Positions 37,970 through 48,968 of a DNA stretch of 64,000 nt are shown here, in pieces. The first letter of the stretch is position 1; each line of letters begins with the position of its first letter. Under the pieces are notes generated by a model. The model did not search any database and had not been told where the DNA came from. It saw only the letters and a list, made by a program, of their open reading frames with translations. A program made the translations under genes and the position numbers. This stretch comes from an uncultured Actinomycetes bacterium. Its GTDB lineage: Bacteria; Actinomycetota; Thermoleophilia; UBA2241. Where the stretch lies: contig CAVWIH010000020.1 of assembly GCA_963755025.1 (NCBI GenBank), positions 64,001 to 128,000 on the forward strand. Direction: 5' to 3'.

Positions 37970-40900
37970 TCAGCTCACCTCCATCGTGAGCGCCTCTTCT
38001 TTGGCGAAGATCTGCGCGTCGGTGTAGTGGTGCAGGACGATCGCCTTGGCGGGGCACTCGCTGACGCACACGCCGCAGCCCTGACAGGCGGCCGCTTCGA
38101 TCACGGCCTTCTTGGCGACCGGGTCGATGGTGGGCACCTCGTAGGGGCAGATGCGCACGCAGGTGAGGCAGGCGGCGCATTTGTCTTGATCGACCTCGGC
38201 CACCACGCCGCCGGCTTTGAGGGCCGGCTTGGCGAGGATGGCGGCGGCGCGGCCGGCGGCCGCGTAGGCCTGGCTCACCGACTCGTCGATGCTCTTCGGG
38301 TAGTGGGCGCCGCCGCACAGGAAGATGCCTTCGCTGGCGAAGTCGACGGGGCGCAGCTTGACGTGCGCTTCGAGGAAGAAGCCGTCGCCCTGGAGCGGCA
38401 CCTTGAGCATTTTGGAGAGCTCGGAGGCGCCGTCGTTGGGAACGGTCGGGGTGGCCAGCACGAGCAGGTCGAGCGGCAGCTCGACGCGGCGCTGCAGGTA
38501 GGGGTCGGTGTAGGCGACCTTGACCGGCGTGCCGGGCTTGCCGTTGGCGGCGCTGCCGGCGCTCACGATCTCGGGCTTGGAGTCGTTGTCGTAGCGCGTG
38601 AAGATCACGCCGAGCTCGCGCGCCCTGGTGTAGTACTCCTCGAAGAGGCCGAAGGTGCGCACCTCTTTGAACCACACGTAGACGGGCCGCTCGGGGTCTT
38701 GTTCCTTTAGGCGGATGGCGTTTTTGACGCTCTGCTGGCAGCAGGTGCGCGAGCAGTAGTTGGCGCCCTCTTCGAGCGAGCCGGCGCAGAGGATGAAGCC
38801 CACCGCGTCGGCCTTGGCCAGGCGCGCCTGGTCGGTGGCGAAGAGGTGCTCGAGCTCGAGGCCGGTGACGATCTTGTCGCTCTGGCCCAGGCTGTACAGG
38901 TCGGGGCGCGCCTCTTGCGAGCCGGTGGCCACGATGACGACGCCGTGGTCGATGGGCGTACGCCGCCCGTCGGCGGCGGCGATGACGCTCGAGAAGTTGC
39001 CGATGAAGCCGTGGAAGTCTTCGAGCGTGGACGCCAGGTGGATCTTGACGTTGGGGTTGTCGATGACGCGCTGCTGCAGGGCGGCGGCGAAGTCGGCCGG
39101 GCGCGAGCCCTTGATGGTCTGGTCGAGCTCGAGCACGCGGCCGCCGAGGGCGGCTTCGCGCTCGACCAGGTGGACCTCGTGGCCCATCTCGCCGAGGGCC
39201 GCGGCGGCGGTCATGCCGGCCACGCCGCCGCCGATCACGACGGTGGCGTGCGTGAGCGGCACGTCGACCTTGTAGAGCGGCTCGAGCAGGCGCGCCCGGG
39301 CCACGGACATGCGGATGAGGTCTTTGGCCTTGTCGGTGGCCTCGCCGGGGTGGTCGCGGTGCACCCAGCTCGCCTGGTCGCGGATGTTGGCCATCTCGAA
39401 CAGGAAGGGGTTGAGACCGGCCTCGCGCAGGGTGTCCTGGAAGATCGGTTCGTGGGTGCGCGGCGTGCAGCTGGCCACGACGACGCGGTTGAGGTCGTGC
39501 TCGGCGACCATGTCCTTGATGAGGGTGAGCGAGTCGGACGAGCACGTGTACATGGTGTCGTTGGCGTAGACCACGCCGGGCAGCTTGAGGGCGTACTCGG
39601 CGACGCCTTCGACGTCGATCACGCCGGCGATGTTCGAGCCGCAGTGGCAGACGAAGACGCCCACCCGCGGTTCGACGCCCACGACGTCGTGCTCGGTCGG
39701 GTACTCCTTGTCGACCGTGAGCGTGCCGCGCGAGTCGGACAGGCCGGTCATGACCTTGGCCGCCGCGGCCGAGGCCTGGGCGACGGAGTCGGGGATGTCT
39801 TTGGGCTCGCCGAACGGGCCCACCACGTAGACGCCCTCGCGGCTCGAGTCGAGCGGCGCGTACTCGTGCAGCTCGCAGAAGCCGTGGCGGTTGAGGGCCA
39901 CGCCGAGCTTGCCGGCGGCCTCTTGCGCCTTGCGCGCCGGCTCGAGGCCGGCGGACAGCACGACCATGTCGTAGCGGTCGGTGTGCAGGGCGCCCGTCTC
40001 GTCTTCCCAGGTGATGAGCAGGTCGTGGGTGAGCGGGTCCTCTTTGATGTACGAGGGCCGCGAGCGGATGAAGTTGACGCCCATGTCCTGGGCGCGCTGG
40101 TAGAAGGCGTCGAAGCCCTTGCCCTGGGCGCGCATGTCCATGAGGAAGACGTCGGGCTTGACGCCGGGCACGTGGTCGATAGTGAGCATGGCCTGCTTGT
40201 TGGCGAACATGCAGCAGACGCTCGAGCAGTACTCGTGGTCCTGGTCGCGCGAGCCCACGCACTGGATGAAGGCGATCTTGCCGGGGTGCTCGCCGTTCGA
40301 CGGGCGCTTGACCTCGCCGATCGGTGGGGCCCGAGGCGGAGAGCATGCGCTCGTACTCGAGGGCCGAGAGGATGTTGGGGTAGCGGCCGTAGCCGTACTC
40401 GCCCTTGTTGCCGGGGTCGTAGAGGTCGAAGCCGGTGGCCAGCACGACGGCGCCGACCTCGACGTCGAACTCGCGGTCGTGCTCGCCGTGCAGCAGGGCG
40501 CCCGGGCCGCAGGCCCGCACGCACTCCATGCACTCCGAGCAGACGGCGCAGTTGAGGCAGCGCTTGGCTTCGGTCACGGCCTGCTCGGCCGAGAAGCCGG
40601 TGTTGACCTCGTCCCAGGTGAGCTTGCGGGCGGCGCCGGCCAGGTGCGGCATGGCGAGGCGCGCCATGACTGCGGTCTGGGCCAGCACGTCGTCGTCGGG
40701 CTTGGCTTCGTCCATGGACTCGTCGTCTAAGGGCAGCAGCTCTTCGCCGCGCAGGAAGTTGTGGATGGCGCGGGCGCCGCGGCGGCCGGCGGCGACGGCC
40801 TCGATGGCCGTCCAGGGGCCGCGCGCGGCGGCGTCGCCGCCGGCGAACACGCCCTCGCGGCCGGTGGCCTGGGTCTGCTTGTCGATGACGATCTGGTTGC

Positions 40901-42438
40901 GCTCGACCGCGAGGCCGGTGGCGCCTGAGGCGAAGTCGTCGACCATGCCCTGGCCGGTGGCGAAGATCACCGTGTCGCAGGCGATCTCGCTGAAGGTGTT
41001 GTCAAGGGGCACCGGCGGGCGCCAGCCGCGCGCGTCGGCCTCGCCCAGGGTGCAGGCGGTGAACTCGACCTTGGCGGCGCGGCCGTCGGGGCCGGCCACC
41101 ACGGCGGTCGGCATGCACGAGCAGATGAAGCTGATCGACTCGTCGAGGCCCTCTTCGATCTCGTCGGCCGAGGCCGGCATGGTGGCGTCGTCTTCGATGC
41201 AGACGAGCTGCACGTGCTCGGCGCCCAGGCGTACGGCCGTGCGGCCGGCGTCGAAGGCCACGTCGCCGCCGCCGATGACGACCACGTTCTTGCCCATGGC
41301 GACGGGCTGTTCGAGGGTAGCGTCGCGCAGCAGGTCGACCGCGGTGAAGACGCCCTCGAGGTCGTTGCCCGGTATGGGCAGCGGACGACCGCCCTGCAGG
41401 CCGACCCCCATGAAGACGGCCTGGTAGCCGTCGGCGAGCAGCGAGTCGATGGTGAAGTCGGCGCCGGCAGCCTTGTTGCACTGCAGCTCGACGCCGAGCG
41501 CCAGGATGCGGTCGATGTCTTGCTGCAGGGCGGCCTTGGGCAGGCGGTACTCGGGAATGCCGAAGCGCAGCATGCCGCCGGGCTCGGGCTTGGCCTCGAA
41601 CACGGTGGTCTGGTAGCCCAGCAGCGCCAGGTCGCGGGCGCACGACAGGCCGCTCGGGCCGGCGCCCACGATGGCGACCTTCTCGGTGAAGGTGGCCTCG
41701 ACGGGCTCGGGCAGGGGCACGTTGTCGAAGGCGAAGTCGGCGACGAAGCGCTTGAGACCGGCGATGGCGATGGGCTGCTCGATCTCGCCGCGCGTGCAGT
41801 CGGTCTCGCACTTGTGGGTGCAGACCCGGCCGCAGACGGCGGGGAAGGGGTTGGGCTCGCTCGCGACGCGGTACGCGTCGGCGAAGCGCTCCTGGGCGAT
41901 GAGCGCTACGTAGCCTTGCGCCGAGGTGTGCACGGCGCAGGCGCGCTTGCAGGGCGAATGGCCCTTCTTGGTGACCGCATAGGTGTTGGGGATGGCCTGC
42001 GGGTAGAGCTTGTAGATGGCCTTGCGCTCGCCGAGCTCTTCGTTGTACTGGTCGGCGACGACCACCGGGCAGACCGGGGCGCACTCGCCGCAGCTCGTGC
42101 AGAGGTCGGGGTCGACGAAACGGGCGTGGTGGAAGACCTTGGCTTTGAAGTTGCCGGGGCTGCCCTCGAGGCCGGTGAGCTCGGAGTTGGTGACGATCTC
42201 GATGTTCAGGTGACGCCCGGCTTCGACCAGCTTGGGAGCCAGCGTGCACATGGAGCAGTCGTTGGTGGGGAAGGTCTTGTCGAGTTGCGACATGTGGCCG
42301 CCGAGCGCCGGCGACTTTTCGACCAGATAGACCTTGTATCCGCCCTCGGCTAGGTCGAGCGAACACTGGATGCCGGCGACGCCGCCTCCGAGGACGAGAG
42401 CAGCACCGGTCGAGGTGGGACCATTTGCCCTTGGCCAT
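37970..42438 (-). CDS. hdrA: Large HdrA (HdrL-like, about 1490 aa) with an inserted GltD-type NAD(P)H/FAD module (frameshifts near 42425 and 40320)
   Basis: LDKTFPTNDCSMC; NPFPAVCGRVC, GGMLRFGIPEYRLP, VIGGGDVAFD; EYCSSVCC; GVFVCHCGSNI, VVASCTPRTHE, EMANIRDQ; FFLEAHVKLRPVD; C-terminal 2x[4Fe-4S]. Confidence 0.9.
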
Positions 42439-42694
42439 ACACTCTCCTTCGCGCGAGTCGGCAGGCTTGCCGTCGGGCGAGAAGCCTCCGCCGAAACGAC
42501 CAGCCGGTGGGACAGGGAGAACTGCCTGAAGTATACCGGGGCCTGCCTGCATCGTCGACTGCAAGCCCGGCTGGTACGAGCGAATCGTTGCGCGGATGTG
42601 GGCGAAAATGGGCGAAAGTGGGCTCGGGCAGGCGAAGAGCACTCCCGGAACCGAAGCGCAGAGGCAAGCGGGCGCGCCGTCTCGCCGGCGGGCG

Positions 42695-43050
42695 CTACAG
42701 GCTGAGCGACCCAGGCCGCCTGATAGGCGACGACGGCGGCGAAGACCACGGTCAGCAGCACGGCGGCGGCCAGCGCGGCCGGGCGGCGCCGCACGCGCCA
42801 GAGCGCCAGCGACGCCCACGGTCACGATGCCGATCTTGAAGACCGCGGCCAGCAGCGTGCCCTCGTGTAAGAAGTAGCGCATGACGTCGTTCTCCTCGGT
42901 GGCGAAGCCGAGCCACAGCGCATACCGGGTGAGCAGCAGGTCGGCCACGTTCAGCACCCAGAGCTCGAGCAGGCACCAGAAGAGGAGCTGCTCGCGCCCG
43001 ACGCCGCGCGTGCGGGTGACGGCCTCACCGTCGGCGGGGCGCCCGATCAT
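42695..43050 (-). CDS. DUF5658-like small membrane protein (frameshifted)
   Basis: LNVADLLLTRYALWLGFATEENDVMRYF...FKI; hydrophobic sequence continues in another frame after about 42810. Confidence 0.65.
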
Positions 43051-44135
43051 TGCGGCAACCGCGCCGTCTGCAGCCACGAGCCCGCCCCGCTGCCGGCCCA
43101 CCAGGCGACGCGGGCGCCGCTGACCAGGACCGCCTGCACGGTCTCGGCGACCCGGGCCACGCGGACCGCCGGCCCGCCGCTCAGGCGCCGGCTCATCGAT
43201 CTCGCAGCCGGCGCCGCTCGGCGCGCACTGCGCCCAGACGACCGTGGTGCCGTCGAAGTCGGGCGCTCCCACGAGCGCGCCCGACGCGACCACGCGGCCC
43301 ACCAGCGAGCGCAGGTCGTAGGCGTTGATCGTGCCGCTCTGCCCGGCGCTGCGCTGCCAGACCAGCGTGTCGCCGGCGAGGATGGGCGCGTCGAAGACTG
43401 GCGCCCGAACTGGTCGGGCAGCGTGATGTCGCCGACCTCGTCGGTGGCGGTGTCGACGACGACAGGGTGAAGGGCGCCGAGGGCTGCGCCTGGCGCGACC
43501 AGGCCACGAAGGAGCCGTCGGCGAACAGGAACGGCCCAGGTGGCTGCCGTGCGCCAGCACGCGCCGACGCCCCGTGGACAAGTCGCACGACCGCGACGGT
43601 GGCGGCGCTGCCGGTCGCCGCTCAGCCAGACCACGCGTGTCGCCGGCCACGACCGGCGCGGCGATCAGCGGGGCGTGGGTCTCGAGCAGGCGCTGGCGGC
43701 GACCCGACGAGAAGTCGTACGGCGTAGACCAGGTTGGTGTCGTCGGCGGCCGGACGAGTATTCGGCCCACGCCGCGGCGCGCGCCGAGACGTCGGGCGGC
43801 GCCAGCGACTGGGCGCCGCGGGCGTCGCCGACGAGGCGGGTCTTGCCCGAGCGCAGGTCCATGACGATCGTGTAGGGCCCGGCGCTCCAGGCTGCGTGGT
43901 CGCCGGCCAGCGAGGGTTCGTCGACGCCGAGAGAGGGCTGGCTCACGCGCCAGCCGGCGGATGTCGGCGATGACTTGCGGCCGCCAGCCGGCATGGGCTT
44001 GCTCCCAGGCAAAGCCGCCGACGCCAACGACGGCGCCGACGACGACGATGAGCGCGGCCACCAGGAGCGCGCGCAGGCTGGCAGGTCGGGATGAGTCCGT
44101 GGCCCCTCCGGCGCCGCGAATGACGGCGTAGCCAA
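43047..44135 (-). CDS. Secreted or membrane-anchored beta-propeller-like protein (multiple frameshifts)
   Basis: N-terminal TM and repeated P.(L/V)AGDT.VW...YDL units distributed across frames. Confidence 0.5.
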
Positions 44136-44177
44136 GGTATCGACCTGAGGGCCGCGCCAGACCTGAGCGCCCGGCGC

Positions 44178-44484
44178 TTAGCAGGGGTGCGTCGAAGGCG
44201 GCCAGCGCTGCCGGCAGGGCCTGGGTGACGGCGTTGCCGACGGCCGGCAGGCCGACGAGCACCGCCGAAATGACCTCGTCGCGGCTGGCGCCCAGGGCGC
44301 GGGCCTGGCCTGCGTGGAAGGGCACGCCGCTCGTCAGGCGCGTGGCGGCGAGCACCGCCAGATAGGCGAGCGCCGCCGTCTTGTCGTCGAGCGCGCTCGC
44401 CGCGCCCAGGCGCTGCACCGCTTCCATCCAGGCGCCGGCGTGCTCGGGCGCCTCGTGCAGGAAGGCCTGGAAGGCGTCGCTCAC
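44178..44484 (-). CDS. Carboxymuconolactone decarboxylase (CMD/AhpD-like) family protein
   Basis: SALDDKTAALAYLAVLAA...GVPFHA...GASRDEVISAVLVGLPAVG; expected stop near 44178 is out of frame by 1 nt. Confidence 0.8.
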
Positions 44485-44760
44485 GCCGGCTCGGTCCGTC
44501 GCTCATCGCAGTTCCCCCTCGGGTGTCGCTTGTCGGCCTGGCTCTCAGCCTGCGGCGCATCCTACCGGACAGCTTGTCGAACGCGGTCGCGCCGGATGGT
44601 GGATCGGGCCAGTCGACGGCCGCGCAGCGCCGCGCCCGGGCTGGTAGAATCGCGCGCACACCCGCCTCAGTCCAAGCACGGCCCCTCTCGGGCACGGCCC
44701 CCGGCTGTAAGGCACAGCAACCCCGCAAAGAAACCGTCACTCGAAGGGTGGTCGATAGTA

Positions 44761-46061
44761 ATGGGTGTCCAGGACCAGTACCGCGACTACGTAATGACCG
44801 GCTTCGTCAAACGCATCGAGCCGGTCGTGGTCGACCACGGCGAGGGCGCCAGGCTCTACGACGTCGACGGCAAAGAGTACGTCGACTGCTTCGCCGGCAT
44901 CTCGGTGACCAACGCCGGCCACCACAACATGGCCATCATCGAGGCCGCCAAGGCGCAGGCCGACAAGCTCGTCCACGCCTGCAGCTACGTCTACTACGTG
45001 CCCACCGTCGGCGCCCTGGCCGAGAAGCTCGCCGAGGTCACCCCCGGCGAGCTGCAAAAAGAGCTTCTTCTGCAACTCCGGCGCCGAGGCCAACGAAGGC
45101 GCCATGCGCCTCGCCAAGCGCTACTCGGGCAAGACTGCGAGCTCGTGGCCATCGAGTCGAGCTTCCACGGCCGCACCTACGCGACCCTGTCGATCACCGG
45201 CAACTCGGGCCGCAAAAAGGGCGGCGGCCCCTACATGCCGGGCGTCGCCTTCACGACCACGCCGTACTGCTACCGCTGCCCGCTGGGCCTGCAGGCAGAC
45301 GAGCTGCGGCCTGGCCTGCGCCGAGCGCCTGCGCGAGGTCATCCGCCTGCACCTGTCGGGCGACGTGCTGCGCCTTCATCGCCGAACCGGTGATGGGCGA
45401 GGGCGGCATCATCGTGCCGCCCGACGACTACTTCAAGGCCGTCAAGAGCATCCTCGACGACGAAGGCATGCTCTTCATCGCCGACGAGGTGCAGAGCGGC
45501 TTCGGCCGTACCGGCAAGTTCTTCGCCATCCAGCACTTCGGCGTCACGCCCGACATCATCACCATGGCCAAGGGCATCGCCGACGGCTGGCCGCTGGGCG
45601 CCTTCACCGCACGCGCCGAGATCGCCGACGCCTTCCAGGTGGGCGACCACCTCTCGACCTTCGGCGGCAACCCGGTGAGCTGCGCCGCCTCGCTGGCCAA
45701 CATCGACTTCATGCAGTCGACCGACCTGCCCGGCCAGGCCGCGGCCAAGGGCGAGAAGCTCATGGCGCGCTTCCGCGCTCACGCCGAGCACGAACCGCTG
45801 ATCGGCGACGTGCGCGGCAAGGGCCTCATGATCGGCATCGAGCTGGTCAAAGACCCCGAGACCAAGGCCTACGCCACGGCCGAAGCCGGCTTCGTGCGCA
45901 ACTACTGCCTCGAGCACGGCGTGCTGATCGGCGTGGGCGGTAACTTCGGCAACGTGCTGCGCCTGCAGCCGCCGCTCGTGATCGACGAGGGCGAGCTCGA
46001 CACCGTGTTCGCCACCATCGCCGAGGCCCTCGAGGCGTCGCGCACCGCGGCCACCGCCTGA
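44761..46061 (+). CDS. Class III PLP aminotransferase (GabT/ArgD-like), about four frameshifts between 45055 and 45375
   Basis: DVDGKEYVDCFAG, NSGAEANE, SFHGRT, EPVMGEGG, IADEVQSGFGRTG, TMAKGI and TFGGNP. Confidence 0.88.
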
Positions 46062-46075
46062 GCCAGACGACCGTA

Positions 46076-46118
46076 AAGGGGCGGGGCGGGGCCGCAGGCC
46101 CCGCCCCGCCCCTTTTTG
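46076..46118 (+). terminator. Intrinsic terminator
   Basis: AAAGGGGCGGGGCGGGGCC-GCA-GGCCCCGCCCCGCCCCTTTTT. Confidence 0.85.
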
Positions 46119-46208
46119 CGTGCAAATCGGCCGGTGCGGCCCGCCGGGTCTGGCGTCGCCGCCTCCGATAGGGCAAAGTAGGCAGATGCCGAGCGAGAGG
46201 GTGGTGAC

Positions 46209-46520
46209 ATGAGCGACGACATGGATTGGCGCGACGGTTCCGTACAGCGCACCATGCCCGACAGCGCGGGCTTCGAGTGGTCGCGGTCGCGTTCTCGTTC
46301 GCGCGGCCGCCGGCGGGCGCGCCGACACGTGCCCTGGACGCCCCTCGTCGTTCTCGTGATGATCGTCGTAGGCGTGGTGCTGTGGCTCGAGAACCGCAGC
46401 CAGGTGCACCTGAAGTTCCTGTCGGTGCACGTCACCGCGCCGCTCTGGGTAGTGGCCGTCGTCAATCTGGCGATCGGCCTCGTGCTGGGCGGCGTGCTCG
46501 TCGCCCGCTCGCGCCGCTAG
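46209..46520 (+). CDS. LapA (DUF1049) family small membrane protein
   Basis: TM-ENRSQVHLKFL...APLW-TM. Confidence 0.75.
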   Translation: MSDDMDWRDGSVQRTMPDSAGFEWSRSRSRSRGRRRARRHVPWTPLVVLVMIVVGVVLWLENRSQVHLKFLSVHVTAPLWVVAVVNLAIGLVLGGVLVARSRR

Positions 46521-46601
46521 GCGAGCGGTCGTCGCCGGCGGGCATAGAGTCTTCCTGCGAAGGGCATAGTCCCGGCGGAACCCCACACGAAGGCCGAGAA
46601 C

Positions 46602-47015
46602 ATGAGTGACTACTCCGATCCGCGCGACACGCGCCCCCCTCGCAGCACGCCCGACACGCGTGGCCCGCGCCGGCTACCCGACGACAGGGCGCGCCGACTA
46701 CCCGACGACAGGGCGCGCCGGTCACCCGACGAAGGCTCGCGCCGGTCACCCGACGAAGGGCCGCGCCGGCCCACCGACGAAGGGCCTCGTCGCCGGCGAA
46801 CCACCGACCCGCGTCGCACCGTGCTGCTCGTCGTGGCGGCCGTCATCGTGGTCGGCGCCATCATCTTCTGGGCGCAGAACCACGGACGCGTCAGCATCTC
46901 GTACCTGACGGTCAACATCACGGCGCCGCTGTGGTTCATGGTCACCGGCTACTTTCTGGTCGGCATACTGATCGGCGCGCTGCTCACCGTCTACTACCAG
47001 CGCCGGCAGCCGTAG
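46602..47015 (+). CDS. LapA (DUF1049) family protein with N-terminal 7-aa repeats
   Basis: TM-QNHGRVSISYL...APLW-TM; RR(L/S/P)(P/T)D(D/E)xx heptads. Confidence 0.75.
   Translation: MSDYSDPRDTRPPRSTPDTRGPRRLPDDRARRLPDDRARRSPDEGSRRSPDEGPRRPTDEGPRRRRTTDPRRTVLLVVAAVIVVGAIIFWAQNHGRVSISYLTVNITAPLWFMVTGYFLVGILIGALLTVYYQRRQP
46665..46795 (+). repeat. 21-bp tandem repeat (about 6 copies) inside the second LapA-like gene
   Basis: cgccggctacccgacgacagg-like units with period 21. Confidence 0.8.
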
Positions 47016-47017
47016 CC

Positions 47018-47716
47018 GTGGCGCCCGCCAAAGCACCCGTCGGCGCCGCCGCCAGGCGGCGGCGCCTGCGCGACGTCGTGGCGTGCCTCGACGACGCCTA
47101 CGGCCGGCCGCGGCTCGAGCCGCGGTTCCCGCCGGTCGGCGAGCTCATCTACACGGTGCTCTCGCAGAACACGGCTGACGTGAACACCGACCGCACGTAC
47201 GCCGAGCTGCGCCGCCGCTACCCGACCTGGAGCGAGGTGCGCGACGCGCCCGTGGCGCAGGTCGAGCAAGCCATCGCGCTCGGCGGCCTGTCGCACGTGA
47301 AGGCGCCCCGCATAGTGGCCATCCTGCAGGCCTTGAGCGCGGCCGGCGGCGAGCCCGACCTGAGCCTGCTCGACACCCTCGACGACGAGCACGCGTTGGC
47401 CTACCTCGAGAGCCTGCCGGGCGTGGGGCCCAAGACCGCGGCCTGCGTGCTGCTCTTTGCACTGGGGCGTCCGGCGATGCCGGTCGACACCCACGTGCAC
47501 CGCGTGGCGCGCCGCCTTGGCCTGCTCGACGAGGGCGTGAACGCGATGGCCGCCCACGCCGTGCTGACCGCCATGGCCGGCCCCGAGCCGGCCGACATCT
47601 ATGCGGCTCATGTGGGCCTGGTGCGCCACGGACGTCGCGTCTGCCACGCCCGCCGGCCGGCCTGCGCCGGCTGCCCGCTCAACGACCTCTGTCCCAGCGC
47701 CGGCTCGTTCACGTGA
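47018..47716 (+). CDS. nth: Endonuclease III family HhH-GPD DNA glycosylase
   Basis: TVLSQNT, LPGVGPKTA, VDTHVHRV and CHARRPACAGCPLNDLC. Confidence 0.88.
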   Translation: MAPAKAPVGAAARRRRLRDVVACLDDAYGRPRLEPRFPPVGELIYTVLSQNTADVNTDRTYAELRRRYPTWSEVRDAPVAQVEQAIALGGLSHVKAPRIVAILQALSAAGGEPDLSLLDTLDDEHALAYLESLPGVGPKTAACVLLFALGRPAMPVDTHVHRVARRLGLLDEGVNAMAAHAVLTAMAGPEPADIYAAHVGLVRHGRRVCHARRPACAGCPLNDLCPSAGSFT

Positions 47717-47748
47717 GCGCCCGGCGCGCCGCACGAAAGGAGCTCGGC

Positions 47749-47904
47749 GTGTCCAAGCTCAGAGACGACTTCTCAAAGAAAGACTGGAAGGAGTGCTGCG
47801 GCAAGGGCTGCAAGAAGTGCGCCGTGCACAACGCCTACCTCGACGCCTACGGCAAAAAAGAAGGCGAGAAGAAGTTCGCCAAGGACTACGACAAGATGCA
47901 CTGA
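47749..47904 (+). CDS. Small Cys-rich protein (oxidoreductase-like CCGxGCxxC motif)
   Basis: 51 aa, ECCGKGCKKCAVH; AAGGAG RBS; strongly biased codons. Confidence 0.65.
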   Translation: MSKLRDDFSKKDWKECCGKGCKKCAVHNAYLDAYGKKEGEKKFAKDYDKMH

Positions 47905-47962
47905 CCGGCGCGAGGGGCCGGGGCGCACGTACCGTCGCGCCCCGGCCCCTCCCTCGTCGTCT

Positions 47963-48793
47963 CTAAAAGATCTCGGGGACGAAGGTCTGGTCTTCGTAGG
48001 GCGGGCGCATGTAGCCCTTGTCTTCGCGGCGCGGCGGCAGCTTGAAGGGCTTGGGTGTGAGATCTTCGTAGGGGATGACGCTCAGCAGGTGGCTGATCAC
48101 GTTCAGGCGGGCGCGCTTTTTGTCGTCTGAGTTGACCACGAACCAGGGCGAGCGCTTGGTGTCGGTGTAGTGGAACATCTCGTCTTTGGCGCGCGAGTAC
48201 TCGACCCACTTGTCCCAGCTGGCGAGGTCCATCTCTGAGATCTTCCAGCGCTTGGTGGGGTTCAGGATGCGGTCTTTAAAGCGTCGCTCCTGCTCTTCGT
48301 CGCTCACGCTGAACCAGTACTTCACGAGGATGATGCCGCTGCGGATGAGCATCTCCTCGAACGGCGGGCACGAGCGAAAGAACTCGTTGACCTCGTCTTC
48401 GCTGCAGAACCCCATGACGCGCTCGACGCCGGCCCGGTTGTACCAGGAGCGGTCGAAGATGACCCACTCGCCGGCGGCCGGCAGGTGCGGGACGTACCGC
48501 TGAAAGTACCACTGGCTGATCTCGCGTTCTGTGGGCACGCCCAGGGCGACCACGCGCACGAAGCGCGGGTTCAGCGTCTCGGTGACGCGCTTGATGGTGC
48601 CGCCCTTGCCGGCCGCGTCGCGGCCTTCGAAGATGGTGACCATCTTGAGGCCGCGCTCCCTGATCCACTCCTGCAGCTTGACGAGCTCGATCTGCAGCCT
48701 GCCCAGCTCTTTTATGTAGGTGCTGTCGTCGAGCTTCTTGCGTTGCGGTTCGACGTCGTCGAGCGCATCGGGTTTATCGGGAGTCACGTCCAC
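47963..48793 (-). CDS. ppk2: Polyphosphate kinase 2
   Basis: FEGRDAAGKGGTI, WYFQRY, FDRSWYNRAGVE and DDKKRARLN. Confidence 0.95.
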   Translation of the reverse strand: MDVTPDKPDALDDVEPQRKKLDDSTYIKELGRLQIELVKLQEWIRERGLKMVTIFEGRDAAGKGGTIKRVTETLNPRFVRVVALGVPTEREISQWYFQRYVPHLPAAGEWVIFDRSWYNRAGVERVMGFCSEDEVNEFFRSCPPFEEMLIRSGIILVKYWFSVSDEEQERRFKDRILNPTKRWKISEMDLASWDKWVEYSRAKDEMFHYTDTKRSPWFVVNSDDKKRARLNVISHLLSVIPYEDLTPKPFKLPPRREDKGYMRPPYEDQTFVPEIF

Positions 48794-48968
48794 GTCCTTC
48801 CCATGCTCGCGGCTGCCTGCGCGGTGAGCCTGATCGCCGGTCCATCTTCGTGCCGTAGTATGCCCCGTAGTCTACGCCACCAGCGCCGGCGTGCGCACAA
48901 CGGCCTGCCGCGCGCCGTCGGCCGCGAGCGTTGGCAGTGGGGCGCGGCGGGGGATAGGGTGTTGACCG

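Noticed and set aside
37381-42438. Selenocysteine recoding in MvhD/HdrA
   Set aside because: The usual Sec positions carry ordinary residues (CHYCAY, TNDCSMC); the breaks are frameshifts, not in-frame TGA.
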